Shown one piece after another: positions 1-11,753 of a stretch of 64,000 nt of DNA. A model generated the notes under the pieces. The model saw only the letters and a program-made list of their open reading frames with translations, was not told the origin of the DNA and did not search any database. The position numbers and the translations under genes were made by a program. The DNA is from an uncultured Gemmatimonadaceae bacterium (lineage in GTDB: Bacteria; Gemmatimonadota; Gemmatimonadetes; Gemmatimonadales; Gemmatimonadaceae), in the NCBI GenBank assembly GCA_963829055.1, contig CAWHHI010000020.1:672001-736000 (forward strand), given 5' to 3'. Within the stretch, counting starts at the first letter, position 1. Every line of letters starts with the position of its first letter.

Positions 1-464
1 CGCCGCTGCCGCACTGCCACGCGGGCCCGTCGAGCACGGCGAGCAGACGCTCGCGGAGCTCGCCCATCTCCTCGAGCTCCACGTGTCGACGCGCGCGCCG
101 GAACGCCTGCTCGAAGCGTTCGTCGTCGAACGGCTTGACGAGATAGTCGACCGCGGCGAGGTCGAACGCCTGAAGCGCGTACCGATCGTACGCCGTCACG
201 AAGATCGTCGCGCGGCATCGTCGTCGGGGCCGATCTCGCGCACGACATCGATGCCGGTCTTCCCGGGCATCTGCACGTCGAGAAACACGAGATCGGGGTG
301 CAGCGAGCGCACGGCGTCGACGGCCGCCGCGCCGTTGTCGACGCTGGCCACGATCTCCACGCCGTCTTCGGCGCCGCAGCAGGTCCTCGACGCGCTGGCG
401 CGCCAGCGGCTCGTCGTCGACGATCAGCACGCGGATCGGCTACGATCGGTCAGTTCGACGCCAT
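1..464 (-). CDS. LytTR-family response regulator (receiver domain visible; 3' end outside window)
   Basis: Minus-strand translation gives IRVLIVDDEPLARQR...PDLVFLDVQMPG...IFVTAYDRYALQAFDLAAVDYLVKPFDDERF; lies directly downstream of a LytS-type kinase; contains indels. Confidence 0.85.
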
Positions 465-474
465 GGATCCGACG

Positions 475-1734
475 TTAGGCGATCGCCGGCGCGGCTTCGG
501 CGTGGAGATCGGCCGCCGTGTGATACGGCAGCACGACCTCGGCCACCGTTCCACGCTCGGCCGCGCGGCGAAGCGACAGGCGCTGTTCCGGCACCGTAGA
601 GCTGCTCGAGCCGGGCACGCGTGTTACTGAGCCCGACACCGCCGCCGCTGGGCCGGTGCGCCTTGCCGTTCGCGTTAGGCGCGCCGTTGCCGTCGGCGGC
701 GATCGCCGGCATCGAGTCCCGGGCCGTTGTCGCGAACCGTGATGACGACGTCGTCGCCGACGCACCGCGCGCGCAGCTCGATCCGGCCTGCGCCCTCCAC
801 CTTGCTCACGCCGTGCATCACGGCGTTCTCGACGAGTGGCTGCAGCACGAAGTTCGGAACGAGCGCATCCATGACGTCGTCGTCGACCTGGATGTCCACA
901 TCGAGGCGCCCCTGGAAGCGGACCTGCATGATGTCGAGGTAGAGGCGAAGCAGCTCGAGCTCGCGCGACAGCGGAATCTCCTGCTCGCTCGTGCCCTCGA
1001 GCGTGACGCGAAGGAGCTCGCTCAATCGCGCGATCATGCGACGCACGCCGCGCGGGTCGCGCTCGACGAGCGACGAGACGGCGTGCAGCGTGTTGAACAG
1101 GAAGTGCGGATTGAGCTGCGCGCTGAGCACCGCGAGCCGCGCCTCGGCGAGCTGCGCCTGGAGCTGCGCGGCCTGCGCCGTCAGCCGAACGGTCTCGTCG
1201 TGCGGGCGCGATAGCGCGCAAAGATGTCGCGCGCGATGCCGGCGGCGAGCACGGCGAAGTAGACGGTGAGATCGTCGAGGAACCACAGCCGCGCAGATGC
1301 CGGTGCGCCACGTGATCGGCGGGCCGCGACGCGGTCGCTGCGGAAGATCGAGCAGCGCGTCACGCATGAAGTGGATCGCGACGTCCACGAACATCGCCGT
1401 GACGACGCCGACGCCGAGCAGGAGCAGGACGCGACCGAATCGATTCCCGCGCGGCTCGAGGCTGACGCGGCTCGCGAGCCAGAAGATCGGGACGGTCAGC
1501 ACCGCCCACAGGTAGTACTCGGCGAACGCGAGCGTGATGGGCGTCGACGACGGGAACGGCTGCTGAAACGCGGGGCCACGCGGATCGAGCAAGCGACTCG
1601 CCGCGTTGAGGACGGCGAGCACGGTCCAGAACGCGAAGATGAGCAGCAGCTCGGTGCGCTGCAGCGGAAAGCGCGACGCTGCGTCGCTCGCTCGTGGCGA
1701 GAGTGTCGGTCAGTGGAAGGGACGCGGTGGCCAC
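475..1734 (-). CDS. LytS/YehU-type sensor histidine kinase (frameshifted in assembly)
   Basis: N-terminal TM segments, AQLNPHFLFNTLHAVSSLV, VPNFVLQPLVENAVMHG, VRDNGPG and GVGLSNTRARL motifs across ORFs 675..1622 and 440..712; start approximate. Confidence 0.88.
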
Positions 1735-1826
1735 GATCAAAGGATACGCCGCTAGCTTCGAGACCGTCAGGGCGGCCAGAACGAACGGCACCGCGCGACG
1801 ATACACGGGCTGCACGCTGGGACAAC

Positions 1827-1879
1827 TGCCGACGGCTGCATGCTGCGGCCGCACGCTGCGCGCTGCTGCTATTAGCGCC
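1827..1879 (+). promoter_or_regulatory. 53-bp duplicated upstream element, copy 1 (upstream of the efflux operon)
   Basis: TGCCGACGGCTGCATGCTGCGGCCGCACGCTGC(G/C)CGCTGCTGCTATTAGCGCC, near-identical to 5597-5649; regulatory role inferred from position. Confidence 0.55.
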
Positions 1880-2103
1880 CGGTACGCCAGCGCGCTGTCG
1901 ACCCGCCGCCAGCCGTCCGCCAGTCCCGTTCCCGAGTCCCGTCAACCACCTGTACGTGCAGTTCGTTACACCCTCGTGCAACTCGGCGAAAATTCGGGCA
2001 CGCTCCAACGGGTGATCCGTATTCCTCACGACAGGAAGGCGGGTGAGATCCCGTTAGGCTCGCTACCGAATCGAGCCGCCGATCGCGACGCTGTGAGGAA
2101 CAC

Positions 2104-3528
2104 ATGACCAAGAAAACGCGTTTCGCAGTAGGAGCCATCGTGGTCGCCGTCGGGCGCTCTGGGGCTATGGATCTACCGGAACGCCGAGGCGCACGAAGCG
2201 CCGTCGTATCGCTTCGCGACCGTCACTCGCGGGAATCTCGAATCCACCGTCTCGGCCACTGGCGCGCTCAGCGCCGTGACGACGGTGCAGGTCGGCACGC
2301 AGGTGTCCGGTCAGGTCTCGCAGATCTACGTCGACTTCAACGACCACGTGAAGAAGGGGCAGCTGCTCGCGCGCATCGATCCGACGCTGCAGCAGCAGGC
2401 CGTGCTCGACGCGCAGGCCGGGCTCGTCCGAGCGCAGGCCGACCTCGAGCGCTCGAAGGCCGAGTACGATCGCAACAAGACGCTGTACGACCAGAAGGTG
2501 CTGACCGCGACCGAGTTCAACGACCGCGCAGTACAACTATACGGTCGCGCAGGCGAGCGTGAAGTCGGCGCAGGTCGCGCTCGATCGCGCGAAGCAGAAC
2601 CTCGCGCTACACCGAGATCTACGCGCCGATCGATGGCGTCGTCGTCGAGCGCAACGTCGACGTCGGCCAGACCGTCGCGGCGAGTCTCTCGGCGCCGCAG
2701 CTCTTCCTGATCGCGAACGACCTCTCGCAGATGCAGATCCTCGCGTCGGTCGACGAGAGCGACATCGGCATCGATCCACGAAGGCCAGGACGTGCGGTTC
2801 ACGGTGCAGGCGTACCCGAACCAGACGTTCACCGGGACGGTGCGGCAGGTGCGGCTGCAGTCGACGACGACCGACAACGTCGTGAACTACACGGTCGTCG
2901 TGTCGGTCGACAACCCGAAGGGCACGCTGCTGCCGGGCATGACGGCGACGGTCGAGTTCCTCACCGGCTCGGCCGAGAACGTGCTGATCGTGCCTAACGC
3001 CGCGCTGCGCTTCCGCGCCGACGCCGGAGATGATGGCGGCGGCGGGCGTGCCGACGCGACCGGCGCGCCGCGCACGGCGGCGGATTCGGTGGCGTTCGCG
3101 GCACGGCGCGACAGCCTGCGCGGGCACGCGCGGCGGCCGGCGGCACCGGCGGTGGTGCGCAGGCGCGGCGGCCAGGTGGCGCAGCGGGCGGACAGGCGGG
3201 TGCCGCGCGTGGTGGCAATGGGCGGCGGCGCGCCACGGCGCCGGTGGCGCGGCGCGGTGGTACGCGCTCGCGATCGCTCCGGCGGCCGTCGACGGGTTCG
3301 CCCAGCTCTGGTACGTCGGACGCCGAACGGCAAGCCGGCCGTGATGCGCGTTCGCACCGGACTCTCCGACGGTCAGAACACGCAGGTCATCGGCCCGGAC
3401 GTCAAGGAGGGCATGCAGGTGATCATCGGGTCGGCCGCGGCGACGACAACGACGCCGCGCCGCGACCTCGACCAGTCCGTTCCAGCAGCAGCGTCGGCCC
3501 AGGCCCTGGCGGCCCGGGAGGGTTCTGA
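2104..3528 (+). CDS. Efflux periplasmic adaptor subunit (MacA/HlyD-like), frameshifted
   Basis: TVQVGTQVSGQVSQIYVDFNDHVKKGQLLARIDP, MQILASVDESDIG, VVNYTVVVSVDNP..LLPGMTA, VRTGLSDGQ; RBS GAGG before the ATG. Confidence 0.88.
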
Positions 3529-3530
3529 TC

Positions 3531-4340
3531 ATGCCTAACGTCATCACGAACGACCCGGCGACGACGCCGGTCATCCGGATCGAGAGGCGTTCGCAAGACG
3601 TACACGATGGGCGACAACGAGGTCCACGCGCTCCGCGGCGTGGATCTCACGGCCGAGCGCGGCGAGATGATCGCGATCATGGGCACGTCGGGCTCCGGCA
3701 AGTCGACGCTGATGAACATGCTCGGCTGCCTCGACACGCCGACGGCCGGGCTCGTACTGGCTCGACGGCATCGCGCGTCGATGGCGCTGAGCCGCAACGC
3801 AGCTCGCCGACCTGCGGAACCAGAAGCTCGGCTTCGTCTTCCAGGGGTTCAACCTGCTGGCGCGCACGTCGGCGCTCGACAACGTCGAGCTGCCGCTGCT
3901 GTACGATCGCACCGGCCGCTGGAAGAACACGAAGGCGCTCGCCGCGGAAGCGCTGCGACGCGTGGGACTCGGCGATCGGCTCGATCACCAGCCGAGCGAG
4001 CTGTCGGGCGGCCAGCAGCAGCGCGTCGCGATCGCGCGCGCGCTCGTGACGCAGCCGACGCTGCTGCTCGCCGACGAGCCGACGGGAAATCTCGACAGCC
4101 ACATGACGGTCGAGATCATGTCGCTCTTTCAGGAGTTGAACGATCAGGGCATCACCATCGTGCTCGTGACGCACGAGCCGGACGTCGCGCAGTACGCGAA
4201 GCGCATCGTCGAGGTGCGCGACGGACGCATCAGCGCGACCACCGTGTGACCGATCGGCACAACGCCGCGGGCGATCTGCGGGAGCTGCTGGCGACCGAGC
4301 CCGAGGAAGACGACGCGGAGCTCGTGGCCGAGGAGGCCGC

Positions 4341-4344
<4 letters not shown>
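3531..4344 (+). CDS. ABC transporter ATP-binding protein (MacB/LolD-type)
   Basis: Walker [41 protein letters not shown]; contains indels. Confidence 0.9.
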
Positions 4345-5571
<1,227 letters not shown>

Positions 5572-5596
5572 GTCGATGGTTGGGACGCTGGACTTG

Positions 5597-5649
5597 TGCC
5601 GACGGCTGCATGCTGCGGCCGCACGCTGCCCGCTGCTGCTATTAGCGCC
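5597..5649 (+). promoter_or_regulatory. 53-bp duplicated upstream element, copy 2 (upstream of the TolC gene)
   Basis: Near-identical to 1827-1879. Confidence 0.55.
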
Positions 5650-5717
5650 TTGTACTCCACGCGCTGCTTGCTGCTCGCCGAACTACCCAGTCCTCAGTCC
5701 CTTGCAGGTATAGATCA

Positions 5718-7117
5718 ATGACGACACGACATCTCGCACTAATACTTTTCGTCGGCGCCACGCCTGTACTCGGGGCGCAGACGCGCCCCGCCGCGACCAC
5801 GGCCACGACCTCGTCGCTGAGCGCGCAGACCGGCGGGCAGACGCAGACCATCACGTTCGACGACGCGATCCGCATCGCGCTCCAGCAGAACACGACGCTC
5901 GAGCAGGCGAACAACACGGCCGCGCTCAATGCCGCCAACGTTAGGCAGCAGCGGCTGTCGTTCCTGCCCGACCTTCGTCTGACCACGAACACCGGACAGA
6001 ACTACGGGCGCAGCTTCAGCGAGGAAGAAGGCCGCATCATCGATCAGACGACGCAGTCGCTGACCGCCGGCGTCTCGTCCAGCGTGACGTTGTTCAACGG
6101 GCTCACGAACGTCGCCAACCTGCGCAGTGCACAGCTCACGCAGGAGGCCGGCGATCGCAACGTGAAGCGCGCGGAGCAGACGGTCGCGTTCACCGTCGCG
6201 TCGAACTTCCTGGCGATCGTCCAGCAGCAGGAGCAGCTGCGCGTGCAGCGCGAGAACCTCGCCGCGCAGGAGGCGCAGGAGAAGCAGATCAAGGCGTTCG
6301 TCAACGCCGGCTCGCGCCCGATCTCCGATCTGTATCAGCAGCAGGCGACGGTCGCGGCGGCGCGTACACAGCTCGTGTCCGCGGAGCGCGCGCTGGAGCT
6401 CGCGAAGGTCGACGTGATTCAGACGCTGCAGCTCGATCCGCGCGGCAACTACACGTTCGCGCCACCGGCACTGGATACGACGACGGCCAACAAGGTCAGC
6501 TTCATCTCTCGACAGCCTGTTGACGCGCGCGCTCGGGCCGTCGTACCGACCTGTTCGCGCAGCAGTCGCTGGTGAGCGCGGCCGGACAGGGCGTGAGGGC
6601 GGCGAAGGGCAGCCGGTGGCCAGCGCTTTCGCTGACGGCCGGCTACAACTCGGCCTACAACAGCGCGACGAACATCGCGTTCAACGATCAGCTGAATCAG
6701 CGCCGAGGCGGTTCGCTGGGGCTCGGGTTGTCGATTCCATTGTTCGACCGTGGTTCGACGGACCTCGCGACGCAGCGCGCGCAGATCAATGAGGAGAATG
6801 CGCGACTCGAGCTCAAGAACCGTCAGCAGCAGATCGGGCTCGAGGTGCGTCGCGCGTATCTCGACTATCAGGCGGCGGTACAGCAGCTGGACGCGGCGGA
6901 AGCGCAACTTCGCGCGGCGGCACTCGCGCTCCAGACATCGCAGCAGCGGTACAACGTCGGCGCGGCGACGCTGCTCGAAGTGACGCAGGCGCGTGCGACA
7001 CAGCTGCAGGCGGCGAGCGGTCTCGTCACGGCGCGTTATGGCCTGCTGTTCCAGCGCACGCTGATCGGGTACTACGTCGGCGACCTCGACCCGAGGAACG
7101 TGACGATCGGCGGGTAG
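5718..7117 (+). CDS. TolC-family outer membrane efflux protein (frameshift near 6510-6560)
   Basis: Signal peptide, two helical OEP repeats, LGLSIPLFD, RYNVGAATLLEV; follows the MacAB-like genes. Confidence 0.88.
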
Positions 7118-7118
7118 C

Positions 7119-7253
7119 GTCATTCCGAGCGCAGGCATCGAAGGCGCGCAGTCGAGGAATCCTTGATGTCTGGTAGAGGGCCTCTCTACCTGAAGGTCAA
7201 GATTCCTCGATTCGCCGACGACTCGCTCGGACTGCGGCCTCGCTCGGAATGAC
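7119..7253. repeat. Palindromic intergenic element, type A
   Basis: GTCATTCCGAGCG...GAGGAATC...GGTAGAGGGCCTCTCTACC...GATTCCTCG...CGCTCGGAATGAC. Confidence 0.9.
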
Positions 7254-7295
7254 ACCGTATGTTTCCGGTGACGTCACTCGCACCAGGACTTCACG

Positions 7296-7925
7296 ATGGC
7301 TGACGAACCGATCATCTCCCGTGGTTTCCGCGGCCGCCGCGCACCCACCACCCGTGAGAGTCGCATTCCTCCGGGACAGTACGAAGAGCGTGACTTCCCC
7401 GTGCTCTCTGCCGGCCCGACGCCGCACACGCCGCTCGCGAAGTGGGACTTCAAGCTGCGCGGCGTGGACGGGGCGACCGCGACATGGACGTGGGACGAGT
7501 TCAACGCGCTTCCGCACGAGACGGTTACGCGTGACATCCACTGCGTCACGAAGTGGTCGAAGCTCGACACCGTGTGGGACGGCATCTCCGTCGATACGCT
7601 GATCGCTGAAGCCGCGAAGCAGGGTGTCGCCACTGCGCCGTTCATCGTCGCGTTCTCCGACGGCGGATACACGACGAACCTGCCGCTCGAAGACGTGACC
7701 GGTGGCAAGGCGTGGGTCGCGTTCGGCTATGATGGAAAGCCGCTGCATCCCGAGCACGGCGGGCCCGCGCGGTTGCTCGTTCCGCACCTCTACTTCTGGA
7801 AGAGCGCGAAGTGGGTGCGAGGGATCCAGTTCACGGCGCATAACGAGCCGGGCTTCTGGGAAGTCAACGGCTACCACGATCGCGGTGACCCGTGGCGCGA
7901 GCAGCGCTACACGGGCGATCCGTGA
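7296..7925 (+). CDS. Sulfite oxidase-like molybdopterin-dependent oxidoreductase
   Basis: Intact ORF; PPGQY..DFPVLSAG, DIHCVTKWS, EHGGPARLLVPHLYFWKSAKW, GFWE..GYH. Confidence 0.9.
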   Translation: MADEPIISRGFRGRRAPTTRESRIPPGQYEERDFPVLSAGPTPHTPLAKWDFKLRGVDGATATWTWDEFNALPHETVTRDIHCVTKWSKLDTVWDGISVDTLIAEAAKQGVATAPFIVAFSDGGYTTNLPLEDVTGGKAWVAFGYDGKPLHPEHGGPARLLVPHLYFWKSAKWVRGIQFTAHNEPGFWEVNGYHDRGDPWREQRYTGDP

Positions 7926-8705
7926 CGGAGACACCCGATCTCGCTTCGCCCGCCGCACGGCCCGCCCGCATCGAGTGGCGCGCGGCGACGGTCGCCGACG
8001 TGATCGTCGAGACGCCTCACGCGAAGACACTCGTGCTGAATGTACCCGGCTGGCCGGGCCATGCCGCCGGCCAGCACGTCGACGTTAGGCTGACGTCCGA
8101 GGACGGGTACCAGGCGCAGCGCAGCTACTCGATCGCGTCGGAGCCGACGCGGGCGACGCTGTCGATCACGATCGAGCGGTTGGACGACGGCGAGGTGTCG
8201 CCGTACCTGACGGACGCGTTAGGCGTCGGCGACAAGCTGGAGCTTCGCGGGCCGATCGGCGGGTATTTCGTGTGGGACCCGACGCTGGCGGGCCCGCTGT
8301 TTCTCGTGGCGGGCGGCTCGGGGATCGTCCCGCTCATGGCGATGCTCCGGACGCGCGCGGCGGCGTCGCCCGTGAGCCGTGCGGCCGCACCGGCGACGCT
8401 GTTGTACTCGTCGCGTGGCTGGGAGGACGTGATCTACCGCGAGGAGCTCGCGGGTCTAGCGAGTGACCCGGGCGTCCGCGTGATCCACACGCTCACGCGA
8501 TCGCAGCCTCCCGGCTGGACGGGCTTCAGCCGCCGCATCGACGCCGACATGCTCACCGAGGTGGCGCCAGCCCGCCTCGACGCACCCCCACATCTATGTA
8601 TGTGGGCCGACGCCGCTGGTCGAATCGGTCGCGCAGACCCTCGTGGAGCTCGGACACGAACCGGGCCGAGTGAAAACCGAGCGCTTCGGTCCGACTGGGC
8701 CTTAG
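7922..8705 (+). CDS. FNR-family FAD/NAD(P)-binding ferredoxin reductase
   Basis: GQHVDVRL, RSYSIAS, GEVS, RGPIG, AGGSGIVP, then YVCGP..KTERFG after an indel; GTG start overlaps the upstream TGA. Confidence 0.88.
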
Positions 8706-8730
8706 GAAGGAGGCCTGAGGAAGGAGGCGT

Positions 8731-8855
8731 GTCATTCCGAGCGGACTGCTCCGCGAGCGCGGAGTCGAGGAATCCTTAGTCTGCCTGGCAGAGGGCTCTC
8801 TGCTGGGCAGACCAAGGATTCCGTTCGACCTCGCTTCGTCTCCGCTCGGAATGAC
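8731..8855. repeat. Palindromic intergenic element, type A (with GGAAGGAGGCCTGAGGAAGGAGGC flank)
   Basis: GTCATTCCGAGCG ... CGCTCGGAATGAC terminal inverted arms. Confidence 0.9.
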
Positions 8856-8869
8856 AGCCAAACTGGGAC

Positions 8870-8921
8870 TTGACTTATCGAGCGACTCTGCTGAAAATTC
8901 AACACGGCTGAAAAATCAGCA
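8870..8921 (+). promoter_or_regulatory. Putative promoter with tandem BlaI-type operators
   Basis: TTGACT at 8870; near-palindromes TGCTGAAAATTCAACA (8889-8904) and GCTGAAAAATCAGCA (8907-8921) just upstream of the repressor gene. Confidence 0.7.
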
Positions 8922-8967
8922 CAGCTCCTTCCGTAGTTCTGCATTTCAACCTGGCCGGCATATCTAC

Positions 8968-9361
8968 ATGCCCAAGACATCACCGACCGACGACCTCTCT
9001 CGGCGCGAACGGCAGGTCATGGAGATCCTGCACCGCCGAGGCGAGTCGACTGTCGCCGAGATCATGGCGGAGCTCCCCGATCCGCCCACGTACTCCGCCG
9101 TCCGCTCGATCCTCCGGATCCTGAGCGAGAAGCGAGCTCATCGAGTACAAGGAAGACGGACCGAGGTACGTGTATTTCCCGGCCGCACCGACCGAAGCAA
9201 CGCGAGACGACGCGCTCGAGCACGTCGTCCGGACGTACTTCGGTGGCTCGACCGAGCAGGCCGTCACCGCGCTTCTCCGGATGTCGGATGCCGACATCAG
9301 CGACGGTGAGGTTGACCGACTCCGCGACAAGATTCGCCGCGCGCGGATCAGCGGGAGGTAA
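8968..9361 (+). CDS. BlaI/MecI/CopY-family transcriptional repressor
   Basis: LSRRERQVMEIL...TYSAVRSILRIL, then YVYFPA...VVRTYFGGS after one indel; precedes an M56 gene. Confidence 0.9.
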
Positions 9362-9368
9362 GAGGACA

Positions 9369-11605
9369 ATGCCCGCCATATTCTCCGGGTTCTCCGGCGA
9401 GACCGCCATCGGCTGGTCTCTCCGTGCTCATGATTCTCGCGAAGGCAACCGTCGTGTTGCTGGCCGCGCTCGTCGTCACCCGCGCGATGGAGCGCGGCTC
9501 CGCGATCTCTCGCCACCTCGTGTGGTTCGTATCACTCGGCGCACTGCTGCTGATACCGGTGCTCGCGTCGTGGAGTCCGATCCGGCTGGCGATCCTGCCA
9601 CCAATCGACTCGTTCGAGGCTGCGCCTTCCACGGCCTCGGCACCAAGCGCTCCGGCGCCGGCAATCGCCACTCCGGCCGTTGCTCCCGCTCCGGCCCCTG
9701 CCCCAGCGCCCGCGCCGATGGTGGCTGCGCCGCCGGCCTCGACATCCGTTCCGAACGTCGAGGCGACAGTGAATACCGTGCGCAACATTGTGTCACCTAA
9801 GATGCAGTGGTTCGGCATCTTGAGTGAGCCCAACGGTTCTGTTCGCCATCTGGGCTACTGTCGCTGTACTGTTCGCTAGCTGGCTAGCGTACGGCGCCTG
9901 TCCGTTCACCAAATCATCCGCCGATCGCGCGTCCTCGACACGCCGGACTGGATGAATCCACTGTGGGAAGTCGCCGATCGCCTCGAGCTCGGCGAGCGCT
10001 CCGCGTCTCGTGCGCAGCGAGGACGCGAAGATGCCGTTCGCCTGCGGGCTGCTGCAGCCGACCATCGTGCTTCCGGCCGAGTGTGACAGCTGGACGCTCG
10101 ATCGCCGACGTGCCGTTCTTCTTCACGAGCTGGCGCACATCCGCCGTCGCGACCTCGTGGGTCACACGGTCGGCCGGTTCGCCTGCGCGCTGTACTGGTT
10201 CCACCCGCTCGTGTGGACGGCGGCCAAGCGGCTGCGGTCCGAGAGCGAGCGCGCGTGCGATGACCTGGCGCTCACCTGCGGTGCTCGCGCGAGCGACTAC
10301 GCCGAGCATCTGCTCGATATCGTGACGGGCGTTCGGCATCACGCGACGCCGGCGGTCGCCCTGGCCATGGCGCGGCGGAAGGAGTTCGAGGGGCGCATGC
10401 TCGCGATCCTCGATCCGGAGCTGCGTCGCGGTGCGCCGAGTCGGAAGCAGACGGTCGGGCTGGTAGGCGGACTGGCGGTGCTGTCGCTGGTCGTTGGCGC
10501 GGCGGTACCGGTGGCTCGCGCCGCTGACGTGTCGGTCATCCGCAACCTCGTCGCGCGGTGCGACGGCCGCGGCGACCGACACGCCCAGCTTCCTCGATGA
10601 GGAGATGTCGCAGTCGGTTCGCACGGTGGAGCGCAAGGAAACTCGCGACAGCAGACGTCGCGCGCGGATCGACTCGGTGCGCGTGCGCAACGATCTCGGG
10701 ACGGCGATCGGCACGCGCAGTCGGTACGCGCGGTGGGCACCATCGTGAGCAAGACGGTGGCAAGTCGGTCGGCCAGATCGCTCGAGCACGGTCGAGGCGG
10801 TGGTGCCGCCGCGATCACCGCAACGGTTTCGTCGATCGAAGCGCTGACGGCCGCGATCAAGTCGCCGAACGCGAAGCAGGGTCGTTCGGACGATCGCCCG
10901 GCGCTGCTCGCGAACGTGCTGAAGTCGGACACGAGTGCGGCGCTGCGCCGCGTGGCGGCGTGGGGACTCGCGCAGTTCGCGGACAACGAAGTAGCCGCCG
11001 ACGCGCTGGCGGGTGCGTTCGCCGCGACACGGACGCGTCGGTGCGCGAGATGGCCGCCTGGGCACTCGCCGACGCGCACACGAGCTCGACGGTGATCGAC
11101 GCGTTGTCGACCGCGCTGCGTCGCGACGCGAGCTCGAAGGTTCGTGCGTCCGCGGCGTGGGCGTTCGGCAACATCGGCGACCGACGATGCGGTCGAAGCA
11201 CTGCGGCGGCGTTGAGCGACTCGAGCCGAGGTGTGCGGCTCCGCGCGGTGTGGGCGATCGGCAGCATTCCGAGCCGAAGACAGGCGCCGAAGGCGGTGCT
11301 CGCGCTGCTCTCGGACAAGGACGCCGAGGTGCGCCAGCTCGCGGCGTGGGCGCTGTTCAACATTCAGGATCCCGACGCGGTGCCGGCGCTCGACGACGGC
11401 AATGCGTCGGAGACGGATCGCGACACGCAGCGGGCGCTGATCCGCGCGCTGGCGTCGACTGGCGAGAAGTCGGTGGACGCGATCAAGCGCGCTGATCGAC
11501 TCGAAGGATCCGGAGGTGCGGGAGGCGGCGATTCGCGCGCTCGCCGGCGGCGGCAGCAGCGGCCCGTGGCCGTGGCCGTGGCCGGAGCCGCGTCCGTATC
11601 CCTGA
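9369..11605 (+). CDS. BlaR1-like M56 metallopeptidase sensor with C-terminal HEAT-repeat domain (frameshifted)
   Basis: TM N-terminus, PFACGLLQPTIVLP, VLLHELAHIRRRD, YWFHPLVW, ESERACDD; then repeats VRxxAAWALG; ends PWPWPWPEPRPYP. Confidence 0.85.
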
Positions 11606-11681
11606 CAGCCCGACGCGCAGTTCGGTGACGGGCGCTGCCTAACGAATGATGTCCGGCGCGCCCGTTTCCTTTCACCAGAAG

Positions 11682-11697
11682 TGCTGAATTTTCAACA
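11682..11697 (+). promoter_or_regulatory. Third copy of the putative BlaI operator
   Basis: TGCTGAATTTTCAACA, two mismatches to 8889-8904 (both in the spacer), about 57 bp upstream of the HEAT gene ATG. Confidence 0.7.
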
Positions 11698-11753
11698 GGA
11701 TGGCGCATCGTCGCGCCCTGGATCGACGGCTCTGGCCGACCTTCGGAGGAACC

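Noticed and set aside
7296..8705. Molybdopterin oxidoreductase plus ferredoxin reductase pair as a novel system
   Set aside because: This is a common conserved gene pair in soil bacteria
8968..11605. Beta-lactam resistance locus
   Set aside because: No transpeptidase sensor domain and no beta-lactamase or PBP gene nearby
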